The notes beneath the pieces were generated by a model that was given only the letters and a program-made list of their open reading frames with translations, did not search any database and was not told the DNA's origin. From the NCBI GenBank assembly GCA_964495475.1, contig CAZBVY010000001.1:4239-68238 (forward strand): a stretch of DNA of 64,000 nt. The letters are read 5' to 3'. Source of the DNA: an uncultured Pseudomonadales bacterium (lineage in GTDB: Bacteria > Patescibacteriota > Microgenomatia > UBA1400 > PJMF01). Position 1 is the first letter of the stretch, and each line of letters begins with the position of its first letter. The translations under genes were made by a program, and so were the position numbers. Below are positions 1 to 8,961 of this stretch, in pieces.

Positions 1-1309
1 TCTTCTGTGTGGCGGAGTTTTGCCTTAAGATCGGTTAACTTGGTTTGGAGTTCATTCTTTTGTTTAAGAAACATCTCATCATCGATTAAATCCCGGTAGC
101 GCATCTTGGTTAGGTTATCCAACTCAGCTTGGGTAGTTAACAAGGTTTTGCTTTGCATCTCATTAATCTTAGTTCTGTCGGCAATTTCCCGATCATTATT
201 TTCGTTTAAGACTTCTAAAGCCCATTTTCTAAAATCAGGAATGATGGTAATACTGGCTAGTTCCTGCTCAATTTGTCTTTCTAGTTTATCTAGTGGCACC
301 ATCTTGCGTTGGCTGCAGTTAACGGTCTTTTTCTTCCTGGTGCAGTGGTAGTAGGTGTATTCTTTGATTTTGCCGGTTTTCTTAATCAGTTTTTTCTTGG
401 TTTCAGCCGTATAAAGGCAACCACACTCGCCACAGCGAATAAATCCAGTAAAGGCAAAGTCGTGAGTTTTACGTCTGGGTTTACCTTTTCTGCCAAGTAA
501 CATTTGGACTCGATCAAACTCATCTAAAGTAATCATTGGTTCATGTTTACCCTCATACTGTCTGCCTTTATGTTCCAGCACTCCGGCATAGAAAATATTA
601 GTAAAGATTCGGTAAATACCGCTTCTGGATAAAGGTTTGCCACCAAGTCTCTTGGTTTTTCTGGTTAAGTAGCCCCAATCCTCATTGGCAATTTTGAGAA
701 TTTGAGGAGGAGTATAAGCGCCAGTCAGCATTAATTCCCACATTTTGGTGATTAAGTTAAACCGCTCCGTATCCTTAACAATAGTATTTTCTACCTTCTC
801 GTTGAGATAACCTGCAGGAGCGAGATTGGGCAACCAGCCCTTTTGTTAAGCTTGGTTTCTAAGCCTCGTTTTACATTTTTACTTAAGTCCAGGATGTACT
901 GATTCGAGCTAGCAGCTTCCACGCTGAAAATGATGACATTATCTCCTGGCAAGTATTCTCGGTCATAGGTTTGTATTGACTTGAGCACATTTTGTTGGAG
1001 CATCCAACTCAATTTTCCACTATCAACTGGATTTCTGGAGAGACGGTTAATCTGCCAGCAAAGGATCCCATCTGCCTCACCGTTCTCAACAGTCGCCATC
1101 ATTTCTTCAAATACAACTCGATTGCCTGGTTTTTTGGCCGATTTGGCTTCGGTAAAGGTTTTGACAATCCGAAGATTTTGATCTTTTGCCAGTTCTTTAA
1201 GTTTAGTAACTTGGCTCTCAATTGATTGCACCTGCCGATCTTCACTATCTGAAGACTTACGAGCATAGAGCACATAGCGCAGACTTTTCTTATTTTTTGG
1301 TATGGTCAT
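1..1309 (-). pseudogene. Large serine recombinase (resolvase + recombinase + Zn-ribbon + coiled coil), frameshifted at about 840, truncated by window edge
   Basis: N-terminal YARKS...SIESQ...RLSRN motifs in ORF 791-1309; the -1 frame from 839 continues GWLPNLAPAGY...HEPMITLDEFDRVQ...FIRCGECG...YYHC to the window edge. Confidence 0.85.
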
Positions 1310-1373
1310 GTTCTGTTTTTTTAGCTACATAGTAGCGCAAGCGCTTAGTAATAGCTAGATTAAAAGATGTACT

Positions 1374-1955
1374 TTAGTCATCATTTTTTACTTCAGCTTT
1401 TTTCTGCCGTAACTTGTCATAGTAATCTTTTACAGCCTGATCAATAGCCATTCCCAATTCTTCTTCCTCCGGAGTCGGTGGTTTTTGCTCAGCTTCGTTA
1501 ATTCCGTTTACAAACTCGTGTTTACTGGTGGTTTCACCAAACTCAATCCGCATCATCTCCCAGAGAGTTTTAACCTCTTGAACTGTTGCCAGCTCGCCTG
1601 ACTTCATTTGCTTTTGAACTCGCTTGAGTTTCTCCCAAAAGATCTCGGAAATAAGGTAGGCTCGACGTTGTTTGATTTTTCTGAGCTTTTCATCCAGGTC
1701 CTGCATTTCTTCTGAGAGTCTGGCATCGGCTCGCTTGACCCACTGGTGTTTTTTACTCCAGCGCTCAATAGTAGCGTGGCTAGGCCTGTTCCCAAGTTTA
1801 TTCATAAAATCCGCCCTCACTTCGCCCGAAGCCTGCCCTAACTTGTCCCAAGTATCAAAAAGTTTCCGCAGGCTTCCCACTTCGCAGTACAACAGGAAAG
1901 CGGTGTACTGCTGCTCAGTCTCTCCTGACAACTTGGCTGTTATGATGTCATTCAT
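1374..1955 (-). CDS. HTH protein resembling phage terminase small subunit-like proteins
   Basis: ETEQQYTAFLLY..SLRKL..TIERWSKKHQWVKRA pattern followed by coiled coil. Confidence 0.5.
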   Translation of the reverse strand: MNDIITAKLSGETEQQYTAFLLYCEVGSLRKLFDTWDKLGQASGEVRADFMNKLGNRPSHATIERWSKKHQWVKRADARLSEEMQDLDEKLRKIKQRRAYLISEIFWEKLKRVQKQMKSGELATVQEVKTLWEMMRIEFGETTSKHEFVNGINEAEQKPPTPEEEELGMAIDQAVKDYYDKLRQKKAEVKNDD

Positions 1956-2265
1956 AGCTTTCCTTTCTGCCTAAGCGGCCATAGACCATTTCGATATCCG
2001 GATCCGGGAAAGGTGGAGTGGTCATAGTTCTGTCCTCGATTAAGGCTTGGTGGTTTTGTTGATGTAATGTCCAAAAGAGTTTCATGTTGCCCGTCTTAAA
2101 AGCAACTTTCATCTTGAAGAATCGCCTGCAAGCAGTGGACCTTCTGACTTTACTGTAATACTGACTCCAAGCTCTTCGTCTTAGAGCTAATTCCTGATTG
2201 TCTATTAACACCTCAGGGATCATTTTTGGTTGTTTGTCAGTTGGTTGGTCTTTTTTAAACGCCAT
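1948..2265 (-). CDS. Hypothetical protein of element backbone
   Basis: Overlaps both neighbours; GGAGG RBS upstream. Confidence 0.7.
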   Translation of the reverse strand: MAFKKDQPTDKQPKMIPEVLIDNQELALRRRAWSQYYSKVRRSTACRRFFKMKVAFKTGNMKLFWTLHQQNHQALIEDRTMTTPPFPDPDIEMVYGRLGRKESYE

Positions 2266-3004
2266 ATTTCTTTCCTCCTTTGCTGAGAGTGTTAGTCACA
2301 TTCATCAAGTCCCAGCCCTGCTCGCTCCAAAAGGGATCCTTGTCCATAGCATTTAAGCAGTGATTAATTTGCTCATCGCTAAAACCTGCTTTATACATTT
2401 TGTGCATAGCATTGATTTGTTTAGGAAAATTGACAAACTTTTTACCAAATTCCACTTCGACTGAGTGAATGTTTTCAATACAGTGATGATGTCCATGAGG
2501 ATTAGGGCATTTAATGCTTCTAGATTTATTTTTACTTTTTTGAGTGGAAATATTTTCTTCTTTACCTGGTTCTTCTTTTGTGTCCCTCATTTGGGACGAT
2601 GTTTGTCCCTCTGCTGCAACTATCTGTCTATTTGATTGAGATTGTCTCTGCTTTGGGACAATCTTTTGTGAGCGATAAAAGTCGGTATTGAGTTGCCATA
2701 AATCGACAATTGAGTAGGTCATGCGAGGTTTGGTTTTAGCGGGGATAGTGCCGGATTCTTTTATCCAACCTCTTTTAAGTAGGGACCGCAATAGTCGATA
2801 GACAGTATTTTTGCTAATCCCACACTTAGCGCCCAACTCTCTGGCTGAGTAGTAGACAGTGCCGTGTTCACCAGCGATACGCTTAAGGGTTAAGTAAAAA
2901 CCGCGCTCCTCTAAACTGGAGTGATTAATGATGTAGTTTGGGACAATGGAAAAATAGGCTTTGTCGCTAGATTCGTCTTTGATGTTAAAGGTTCTGTCTT
3001 TCAT
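2255..3004 (-). CDS. Phage/plasmid-type replication initiator (N-terminal wHTH, replisome-organizer-like)
   Basis: YFSIVPNYII...SARELGAKCGISKNTVYRLLRSLLKRGWI wHTH, low-complexity linker with repeats, helical C-terminal domain. Confidence 0.65.
   Translation of the reverse strand: MKDRTFNIKDESSDKAYFSIVPNYIINHSSLEERGFYLTLKRIAGEHGTVYYSARELGAKCGISKNTVYRLLRSLLKRGWIKESGTIPAKTKPRMTYSIVDLWQLNTDFYRSQKIVPKQRQSQSNRQIVAAEGQTSSQMRDTKEEPGKEENISTQKSKNKSRSIKCPNPHGHHHCIENIHSVEVEFGKKFVNFPKQINAMHKMYKAGFSDEQINHCLNAMDKDPFWSEQGWDLMNVTNTLSKGGKKYGV
2581..2661. repeat. Iteron-like TGTC(C/T) repeats with GGGAC dyad partners inside the rep gene
   Basis: tgtccc at 2581 and 2604, tgtcta at 2625, tgtctc at 2643; first and last followed by tgggac. 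Confidence 0.5.
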
Positions 3005-3195
3005 AAGTTGAATATTTGTTGCTGGCGTTTAATAACTTGCTGGTATTGCTCTTTGGTGATGGGTTTGTAAATAAGCTGCATCATCCGGACCAATTTAAGA
3101 GCTTTTTCTAAAACATCTTCTTGGCTCAACTCCTCACCAAAGTGCTGTTTGTACAAAGCTTTGAAGGTGGTAAGTTGGGCTTCGCTGATTTTCAT
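3001..3195 (-). CDS. Small hypothetical protein
   Basis: ATGA-type overlaps with both neighbours. Confidence 0.7.
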   Translation of the reverse strand: MKISEAQLTTFKALYKQHFGEELSQEDVLEKALKLVRMMQLIYKPITKEQYQQVIKRQQQIFNL

Positions 3196-3458
3196 ACTGC
3201 TGATGAGAAAATTCTGTTTTTAAGCATCTTGATGTTTTCAAAGAACGAGCGGGCATCAACTGATAACCGACCAGCAAAATACTCCTGAGTGGCTTGTTCC
3301 AGCTCAGGAGTTTGGGGAAATATGAAACCTATTTTTCTAGAGTTAGTTCTATCCAGAGAGAGCAACTCAAAATGAAGCGTGGTCAGCGCCGCTACTAAAC
3401 CAATGTCATAGCTTAAAAAATGGGAATCGTTGGAAGTAGAATCAAATTTTCTGGTCAT
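3192..3458 (-). CDS. DUF5659-like small protein
   Basis: DIGLVAAL...FIF...YFAGRLSVDARSFFENIKMLKNRI pattern. Confidence 0.6.
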   Translation of the reverse strand: MTRKFDSTSNDSHFLSYDIGLVAALTTLHFELLSLDRTNSRKIGFIFPQTPELEQATQEYFAGRLSVDARSFFENIKMLKNRIFSSAV

Positions 3459-3685
3459 AATATGTTCTGCTGACTAAAAGTCTAGGCAAAACACACGACC
3501 AGAGCTAGAAAGTTTGTGGTTATAAGGGGATTTTTATGGAAATTTGTTTCACTTACTGATTACTTTGCTGTCAAGTGAAAATAGCTAAAATAGTGAAAAC
3601 ACGGAAACAATAATTTATTGGCTTCTCTAACTGACTAACTTCAGGAAAACACAACTAGTAGCAAATTTATTCTTCCTCAGAAGTT

Positions 3686-5401
3686 CTATCTTCTTGAAAA
3701 GAAAAATTTATTATGATTTGGAGCAGTGACGAACCTAAAACTCAGATGACCCAAATGTACAAATCCATAAGTGGAGTTAATTTTTTCAACACTATTAAAA
3801 GTTACTCCGCTCAAAATTTGACCTATTTTGATATGAGCTAAAGTTTGAGCTTTTTGAGTTATATTATCAATTCCTTCTCTTAGTTCTGTTCTGAGGGCAT
3901 CAAGCTGATCGCCACATGGATATCCTTTAATTAGAATTGAACCATCTTCTAAAAGAATAATTCCCTCATAGATCATTTCAAGTGGAGAATATTGATTGAC
4001 AATCTGTTTTGCATTCGTAAATTGTGTTTCCGGCAATGGAATTACGTCTAACCCAACCTCACTATAGTGAGAGTAAGAAACTATTGTGGTATGAAGATCC
4101 TCAAGAGGTGGTAACCAATATTCCAGGTTTGGATTAGCTTCCTTAAGCTCTGAAATAAGTTGAGTCCTAAATTTACTAATTTCTTTTCTAAACCTAGCCG
4201 GAAAAGGGTATCCCAAAACTAATCCTGTAGGTCTGTAAAATGAAGGATGAGGGATCCATTCCGACGCTCTTTTTTGAAAAAAAGTTTCTTTTATGTGGTT
4301 AATTTTTTGAATACTTGTACCTACTTCGTCAACCCTTTGTTTAAGTGAGTCATAAACAGCAAACATTTTTCTAATAGCTGCGATATCTTCACTCCCAAAA
4401 TAATTTGCTTGCATAAAAGCAATTGTTGGCCCAATTCCTTCGATAGGAGTTGTGGGTTCTGCTGCTAGAATTTTTTTTACCCAGCTATTTGACGCATTGA
4501 AGGATTCGGGACTATTTTTCATAATTGTAGATAGAAATTGAGAAGCCTCAGGAAGGTAACAAGTAATTCCGTTTATTATATCCTCTTTTGAAACAGAGTG
4601 CCCGCTGACCAGATATTCTATAAAAGGAATTGTGGTGGGTTTTTCTACGATGCTCCTGATAACAGAAACAAAATCATCAATATACAGATAATCTCTAGTT
4701 TCTGCGGATTCACTTCTTGATTGATGTAAGAACGCTGATAAAGCCAGTCTGCCAATTGTTCTCCTGGTTGAACAAGTAGGTCCGTAACAACTTGATATTC
4801 TTAAAATTTTTGTTGATGGGTGCCTGGCTACAAGTGTTTCTCCAACTGCTTTAGATAGCTCATACACATTCGACTTAAGTGGCAGAGGATTTTTTTTAAG
4901 AAATTTTTGAATAATTTGTAGAGCTTTGTTCTCAAAAAAATTTTCTTCGAGTAAATTTTCTTTACTAGCATCAAAAAGGGACACAAGTTTTTCAATCCAT
5001 TCTCTTTGTTGTTTGTTTTTGATATTGTCTATCCTTTGGGTAGAAGCAAAAACAAATGTTAATTGCTTATTTTTACTCAGGTGAGTTAGTAAACCAGGAA
5101 AAAAAGAATTTAATAGGAATACGCTAGAAGCTGCTTCTGGACTGTAATTCAAACTTACCATCCCGGCCATATTTAGGATGATATCTGCGTTTTTAACAAT
5201 GTTCTTTAAAAAATCCGTATCAAAGTAGGTATCTACTTCTAGTAATTGCCTAGGTATATCACCGGATCTATAAAAAAATTTTCTTTTTGATCCTTTTCGC
5301 AACACAGATACTGGGGAAATGGATGAAAGATTAAGTGATAGAGCCATCCCTAAATCACCAGTAGAACCAAGAATATAAATTGACGAATTTTTGTTATTCA
5401 A
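3686..5401 (-). CDS. NAD-dependent epimerase/dehydratase (extended SDR) fused to a C-terminal 2H-phosphoesterase-like domain
   Basis: GSTGDLG Rossmann motif, YELSK catalytic motif, LRISSCYGP; C-terminal LHTTIV and AHIKIG motifs. Confidence 0.7.
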   Translation of the reverse strand: MNNKNSSIYILGSTGDLGMALSLNLSSISPVSVLRKGSKRKFFYRSGDIPRQLLEVDTYFDTDFLKNIVKNADIILNMAGMVSLNYSPEAASSVFLLNSFFPGLLTHLSKNKQLTFVFASTQRIDNIKNKQQREWIEKLVSLFDASKENLLEENFFENKALQIIQKFLKKNPLPLKSNVYELSKAVGETLVARHPSTKILRISSCYGPTCSTRRTIGRLALSAFLHQSRSESAETRDYLYIDDFVSVIRSIVEKPTTIPFIEYLVSGHSVSKEDIINGITCYLPEASQFLSTIMKNSPESFNASNSWVKKILAAEPTTPIEGIGPTIAFMQANYFGSEDIAAIRKMFAVYDSLKQRVDEVGTSIQKINHIKETFFQKRASEWIPHPSFYRPTGLVLGYPFPARFRKEISKFRTQLISELKEANPNLEYWLPPLEDLHTTIVSYSHYSEVGLDVIPLPETQFTNAKQIVNQYSPLEMIYEGIILLEDGSILIKGYPCGDQLDALRTELREGIDNITQKAQTLAHIKIGQILSGVTFNSVEKINSTYGFVHLGHLSFRFVTAPNHNKFFFSRR

Positions 5402-6414
5402 TTATTCCTTTCAGCAAGAAGTCCAATACCTATTAAACAATCATTGTCATCATTTATACCCAATGAAACCATGTTAGGAATTTCCCCCCTAGGCCTTTGA
5501 TAAAAATCATGTTTAGTGATACTTCTGCGTAATGAATCCAAATATTTTTGACCACAGTTGAGAGCAAATCCGCCAATAAAAACCCATTTGTCTACTCCAA
5601 TGGTCGCTGCTAGCTGAGAAATACATCCTGTGAGAATAAATGTTGTTTCGTCTAAGATTTCAGTTGTGAAGGGGTCATCCTGTTGGAGAGCTTCAATTAT
5701 ATGATAAGTGGTAATTTCTTCTGGATTTTTAACTAATTTCGATAGATAAGAGTTCTGGTAATTTGGATGGACACTAGCTTTTTTTTGTGCCAATCGTTGA
5801 ATTCCTCGTCCAGAACAAATTGCTCCCACATGCCCTTTTCCTCCGCAATCACACAACAAAGCATCTTCAGAAAAATCTACTCTAATATGTCCCATTTCCC
5901 CACCCAATCCTCTTCTATCTAACAAAACTTTACTACTTTTCACATCGTAAATTTTGCTACCAATTCCAGAACTAACAGTAATTGCCCCTAAAAAATCATG
6001 ATGTGCATATTCTTCCATTTGTGCATACCGTTCAATAGCAGCCGTTATATCGTTGGCTACTGTAATACTTAACGAAGGGCATTCTTCCGTTAGTTTTTCG
6101 AGAAGTGGGAAATTAAAGCCTCTTTCTCCCCATACTGTGCAAGCCTGGTGTACAATTCCATCTGCGGTCATCGGTGCAGGAAAAGAAATCCCAACTTGTG
6201 AAATTGAAGAATCTTTACTTAGATAAAAACGTATAACCTCAACCATTTTTTTGATGAGTTTATTTTGAAGCTCTTCGATGGTTAACTCTGGATATAAAAG
6301 AAAGCTGGGCGTTTTCTCTCTCTTCGGTTCGCTCACAATTCCTTCTGGACTTTTGAATAAACAAGAGCGAAAATGTGTGCCCCCAATATCAATAGCTATA
6401 ACTTCCTTTTTCAT
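5398..6414 (-). CDS. ROK family kinase (ValC/AcbM-like cyclitol kinase candidate)
   Basis: IDIGGT, ANDITAA, GEMGH..CDCGGKGH zinc motif; no HTH. Confidence 0.85.
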   Translation of the reverse strand: MKKEVIAIDIGGTHFRSCLFKSPEGIVSEPKREKTPSFLLYPELTIEELQNKLIKKMVEVIRFYLSKDSSISQVGISFPAPMTADGIVHQACTVWGERGFNFPLLEKLTEECPSLSITVANDITAAIERYAQMEEYAHHDFLGAITVSSGIGSKIYDVKSSKVLLDRRGLGGEMGHIRVDFSEDALLCDCGGKGHVGAICSGRGIQRLAQKKASVHPNYQNSYLSKLVKNPEEITTYHIIEALQQDDPFTTEILDETTFILTGCISQLAATIGVDKWVFIGGFALNCGQKYLDSLRRSITKHDFYQRPRGEIPNMVSLGINDDNDCLIGIGLLAERNN

Positions 6415-7559
6415 ATAAATTTCTCCAGGCTCAGAAAATCTAATGCTTTCTTTATTTCGCTTTCAGAGCACTTATTGGTAAATAAGGCAGATCCTGTGCT
6501 GATAGGAAGAACTAAATTTAAATTTCCTGCACGGTGTTTTCTTATATCATCAAGAGAGTTAAATAAACTTTGATGTTCTATAAGAGGTTTATTAGAAAAT
6601 CCTATTGCTTTAGCAAGATTAATGATTCGATCAAAATCAGTTTCTTTTAATATTTTTCTTTGAAAAGCAATATGAGTTGAAATTAAGATGTCTAGTCCCA
6701 CAGCTTCTCCATGTAAGATAGAGTAATTATTTGAAGTCTCGATGTATGGACTAAAAGTATGTCCGAAATCCACAAGCCTTTCTAAAATATGTTCGTGCAA
6801 GTTGGGTTCCAGTTCTTCCATCATTAATTGAGCGGAAAGGTAATTAATTTGCTGAGTTTGTTCTCCAAAATTTTTCCGCAAATAATCCAAGTAACTTTCT
6901 TCAATTAATGAAAAAAGGAGATCGCTTCGAACTATAGCCATTTTAATCATTTCATACAAACCACATCTAATTTCTGTTAAAGTCAAGGTTGTTAAAAAGG
7001 ACTGATCTACGAATACAGAATGAGGAGCATAATAGTGTCCAAGCAGATTTTTGGATTCATCCAAATTTACTCCTACTTTTATACCAACTCCAGCATCTAT
7101 TAATCCAACAAGAGTAGTAGGAATACGAATGTAGGAAATTTTGCGTCTATAAAGGGCGGCTGCCAATCCAACAATATCCATCGTGATTCCACCACCTATT
7201 GCTATGAAAAAAGAATCTCTTTTTATTCCAAAATTTTGGGCAACTTTACAAATCTTAATAGCCGATGAGATGTCCTTTTGATTTTCGTTAGCATTATTAG
7301 TGATTATTTTGTAATCGATATTTTGACTGGAAAAAAATTTTGTTATCTCTGGACCGTACAATGATTCTACGTTGTGATCTATTATCACGAGGGCTTTTTT
7401 GTCTTGGCACAGTTGACTTAGTTGATTATTAGGTGAGCAATCGAAGACATCTTTCGTAAAATGAACTTTGTAGTCTATAGAAATGTTTCTTTTTAGGTGG
7501 ATGTGATTATTATGTGTTTTCAGCATTTTAGATTTTTCAGTAAATTGCCTCAAATACAA
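6411..7559 (-). CDS. Sedoheptulose-7-phosphate cyclase, EEVS (2-epi-5-epi-valiolone synthase) type
   Basis: DHQS fold (GGGITMD, PTTLVGLIDAGVGIKVGVN, LHGEAV) plus MMEELEPNLHE, VDFGHTFSP and KHRAG fingerprints. Confidence 0.85.
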   Translation of the reverse strand: MYLRQFTEKSKMLKTHNNHIHLKRNISIDYKVHFTKDVFDCSPNNQLSQLCQDKKALVIIDHNVESLYGPEITKFFSSQNIDYKIITNNANENQKDISSAIKICKVAQNFGIKRDSFFIAIGGGITMDIVGLAAALYRRKISYIRIPTTLVGLIDAGVGIKVGVNLDESKNLLGHYYAPHSVFVDQSFLTTLTLTEIRCGLYEMIKMAIVRSDLLFSLIEESYLDYLRKNFGEQTQQINYLSAQLMMEELEPNLHEHILERLVDFGHTFSPYIETSNNYSILHGEAVGLDILISTHIAFQRKILKETDFDRIINLAKAIGFSNKPLIEHQSLFNSLDDIRKHRAGNLNLVLPISTGSALFTNKCSESEIKKALDFLSLEKFI

Positions 7560-7887
7560 GAATTTTTAAATTAGTAGATCCCATATTTTTTAGACCGTGA
7601 CTACTTCCACTATGAGTAATAACAGCATCTCCTGGACCAATTTCTTTTTCATGGCCATCAACTGTCATTAATCCTTTCCCTGAGATAATGTAGTAAATTT
7701 CTTCATTTCCTTCATGTTTGTGGTAACCAATAGTTGAATCAGGAAGAATTTCGGTTTCATGAAGAAACTGGATAGAACTTCTGAAATCCTCTTTTTTAAA
7801 GACCTCTCGGAAGATAATTGAACCTTCTCCATTATGGCAACGTTCTTCAATAACTTTACGAGCTTCTGAAGCCAAGTTGATATGCAT
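7537..7887 (-). CDS. Cupin domain protein
   Basis: GYHKHEGNEEIYYIISG and GDAV..HGL cupin motifs. Confidence 0.9.
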   Translation of the reverse strand: MHINLASEARKVIEERCHNGEGSIIFREVFKKEDFRSSIQFLHETEILPDSTIGYHKHEGNEEIYYIISGKGLMTVDGHEKEIGPGDAVITHSGSSHGLKNMGSTNLKILVFEAIY

Positions 7888-7966
7888 AAATTGATTCTTT
7901 CCCCTCTGTTTTGTTTAGGTAACAAAAATTGAGGTATACTATAGTGGTTAAATGAAAAGAAGCTAA

Positions 7967-7991
7967 TTATGTAATGTTATACATTATATAA
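7967..7991. promoter_or_regulatory. Palindromic operator candidate between the cyclitol operon and the divergent regulator
   Basis: TTATGTAATGT-TAT-ACATTATATAA, 11-bp arms with one mismatch. Confidence 0.6.
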
Positions 7992-8004
7992 CACAAATTT
8001 AACT

Positions 8005-8556
8005 ATGAAAATCTTTTTTTTAGCTAGCAATGCTGCAGACAAAGATTTGCGGTTTGCCTATACAAAAATTGTCCATACTTTAGAACTCGAAGGAAATGAG
8101 GTTTTTTCTCAACAACCTATTCCTAAAACCGAGGAAATTGAAAGTATGCCTAAAGAAAAAAGTGAAATGAGGGCAAAACAATTCTTCAGAAAGATGTTGC
8201 AATGTGATTGTGTAGTTTTTGAAGGAACGCGTTCAACAACTGGAGGTGGCTATTATTTATGCATGGCTCTACAACATAGTTTACCAGTTCTTTATCTTAC
8301 CCAGAATAAATATAGAGGCCTATACCTTGCATCATCGAACAGATTGTTGAAAATAAGACGATATGATTTAACCAAGCAGGATAATTTAAAAAACACTATT
8401 CAGGACTTTTTAAAATTTGCTACTAAAAAGAAGCTTTCTAATAGATTTAATTTAATGATTAGTGACTCAATGGATGAATTTTTGAATGAGATGTCTCGAA
8501 TTGATGGCATTAGCAAGGCTGATATTATTCGGGATCTTATTTATGAAAAAATGTAA
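8005..8556 (+). CDS. Nucleoside-deoxyribosyltransferase-like domain fused to a C-terminal ribbon-helix-helix; putative regulator
   Basis: CDCVVFEGT..STTGGGYY..AL...PVLYL; C-terminal RFNLMIS..SKADIIRDLI. Confidence 0.65.
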   Translation: MKIFFLASNAADKDLRFAYTKIVHTLELEGNEVFSQQPIPKTEEIESMPKEKSEMRAKQFFRKMLQCDCVVFEGTRSTTGGGYYLCMALQHSLPVLYLTQNKYRGLYLASSNRLLKIRRYDLTKQDNLKNTIQDFLKFATKKKLSNRFNLMISDSMDEFLNEMSRIDGISKADIIRDLIYEKM

Positions 8557-8586
8557 AAAGAATGATATTGAAGTTTAATTTCCAGA

Positions 8587-8814
8587 TCAAAACGGTAACA
8601 GTTCTGAAGAATCAACTTTCAAAGCTTTGGCAATTTTGTATAGTGTGCGGATAGTAGGGTTGCGTTCACCGCGCTCAATCATGCCGATATACGTCCTATC
8701 TATGGACATCTTGAATGCTAGTTCTTCCTGAGTAACCCCTTTGCTTTTCCTGGTTCTCTGCAGTTTAGCTCCAAACTTTTTGAGAATGTGTTGGTGTGAT
8801 ATTGGTTTACCCAT
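8587..8814 (-). CDS. XRE-family HTH regulator resembling R-M controller (C) proteins
   Basis: FGAKLQRTR..TQEELA..DRTYIGMIERGERNPT; likely start is ATG at 8814 (ORF track starts at 8928). Confidence 0.85.
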   Translation of the reverse strand: MGKPISHQHILKKFGAKLQRTRKSKGVTQEELAFKMSIDRTYIGMIERGERNPTIRTLYKIAKALKVDSSELLPF

Positions 8815-8826
8815 GTCTTTAGGGTA

Positions 8827-8862
8827 GTGACTCTCAGTCACATTCAACACGGACTCCTTGTC
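8827..8862. promoter_or_regulatory. C-box-like operator pair
   Basis: GTGACT-CTC-AGTCAC (8827-8841) and GACT-CCT-TGTC (8852-8862) just upstream of the XRE gene. Confidence 0.65.
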
Positions 8863-8961
8863 ATCATTTATGCTATATTTAGCCAGGTGAGAGAAATAAT
8901 TTGAATTTGACATTTTGGGACCACCCAAGCTAACATCCCATCACTCTGAAAGGAGATTTAT

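Noticed and set aside
6411-7559. Annotation as aroB (3-dehydroquinate synthase) or as mycosporine DDGS
   Set aside because: Fingerprints are EEVS-type; there are no shikimate, O-methyltransferase or ATP-grasp neighbours
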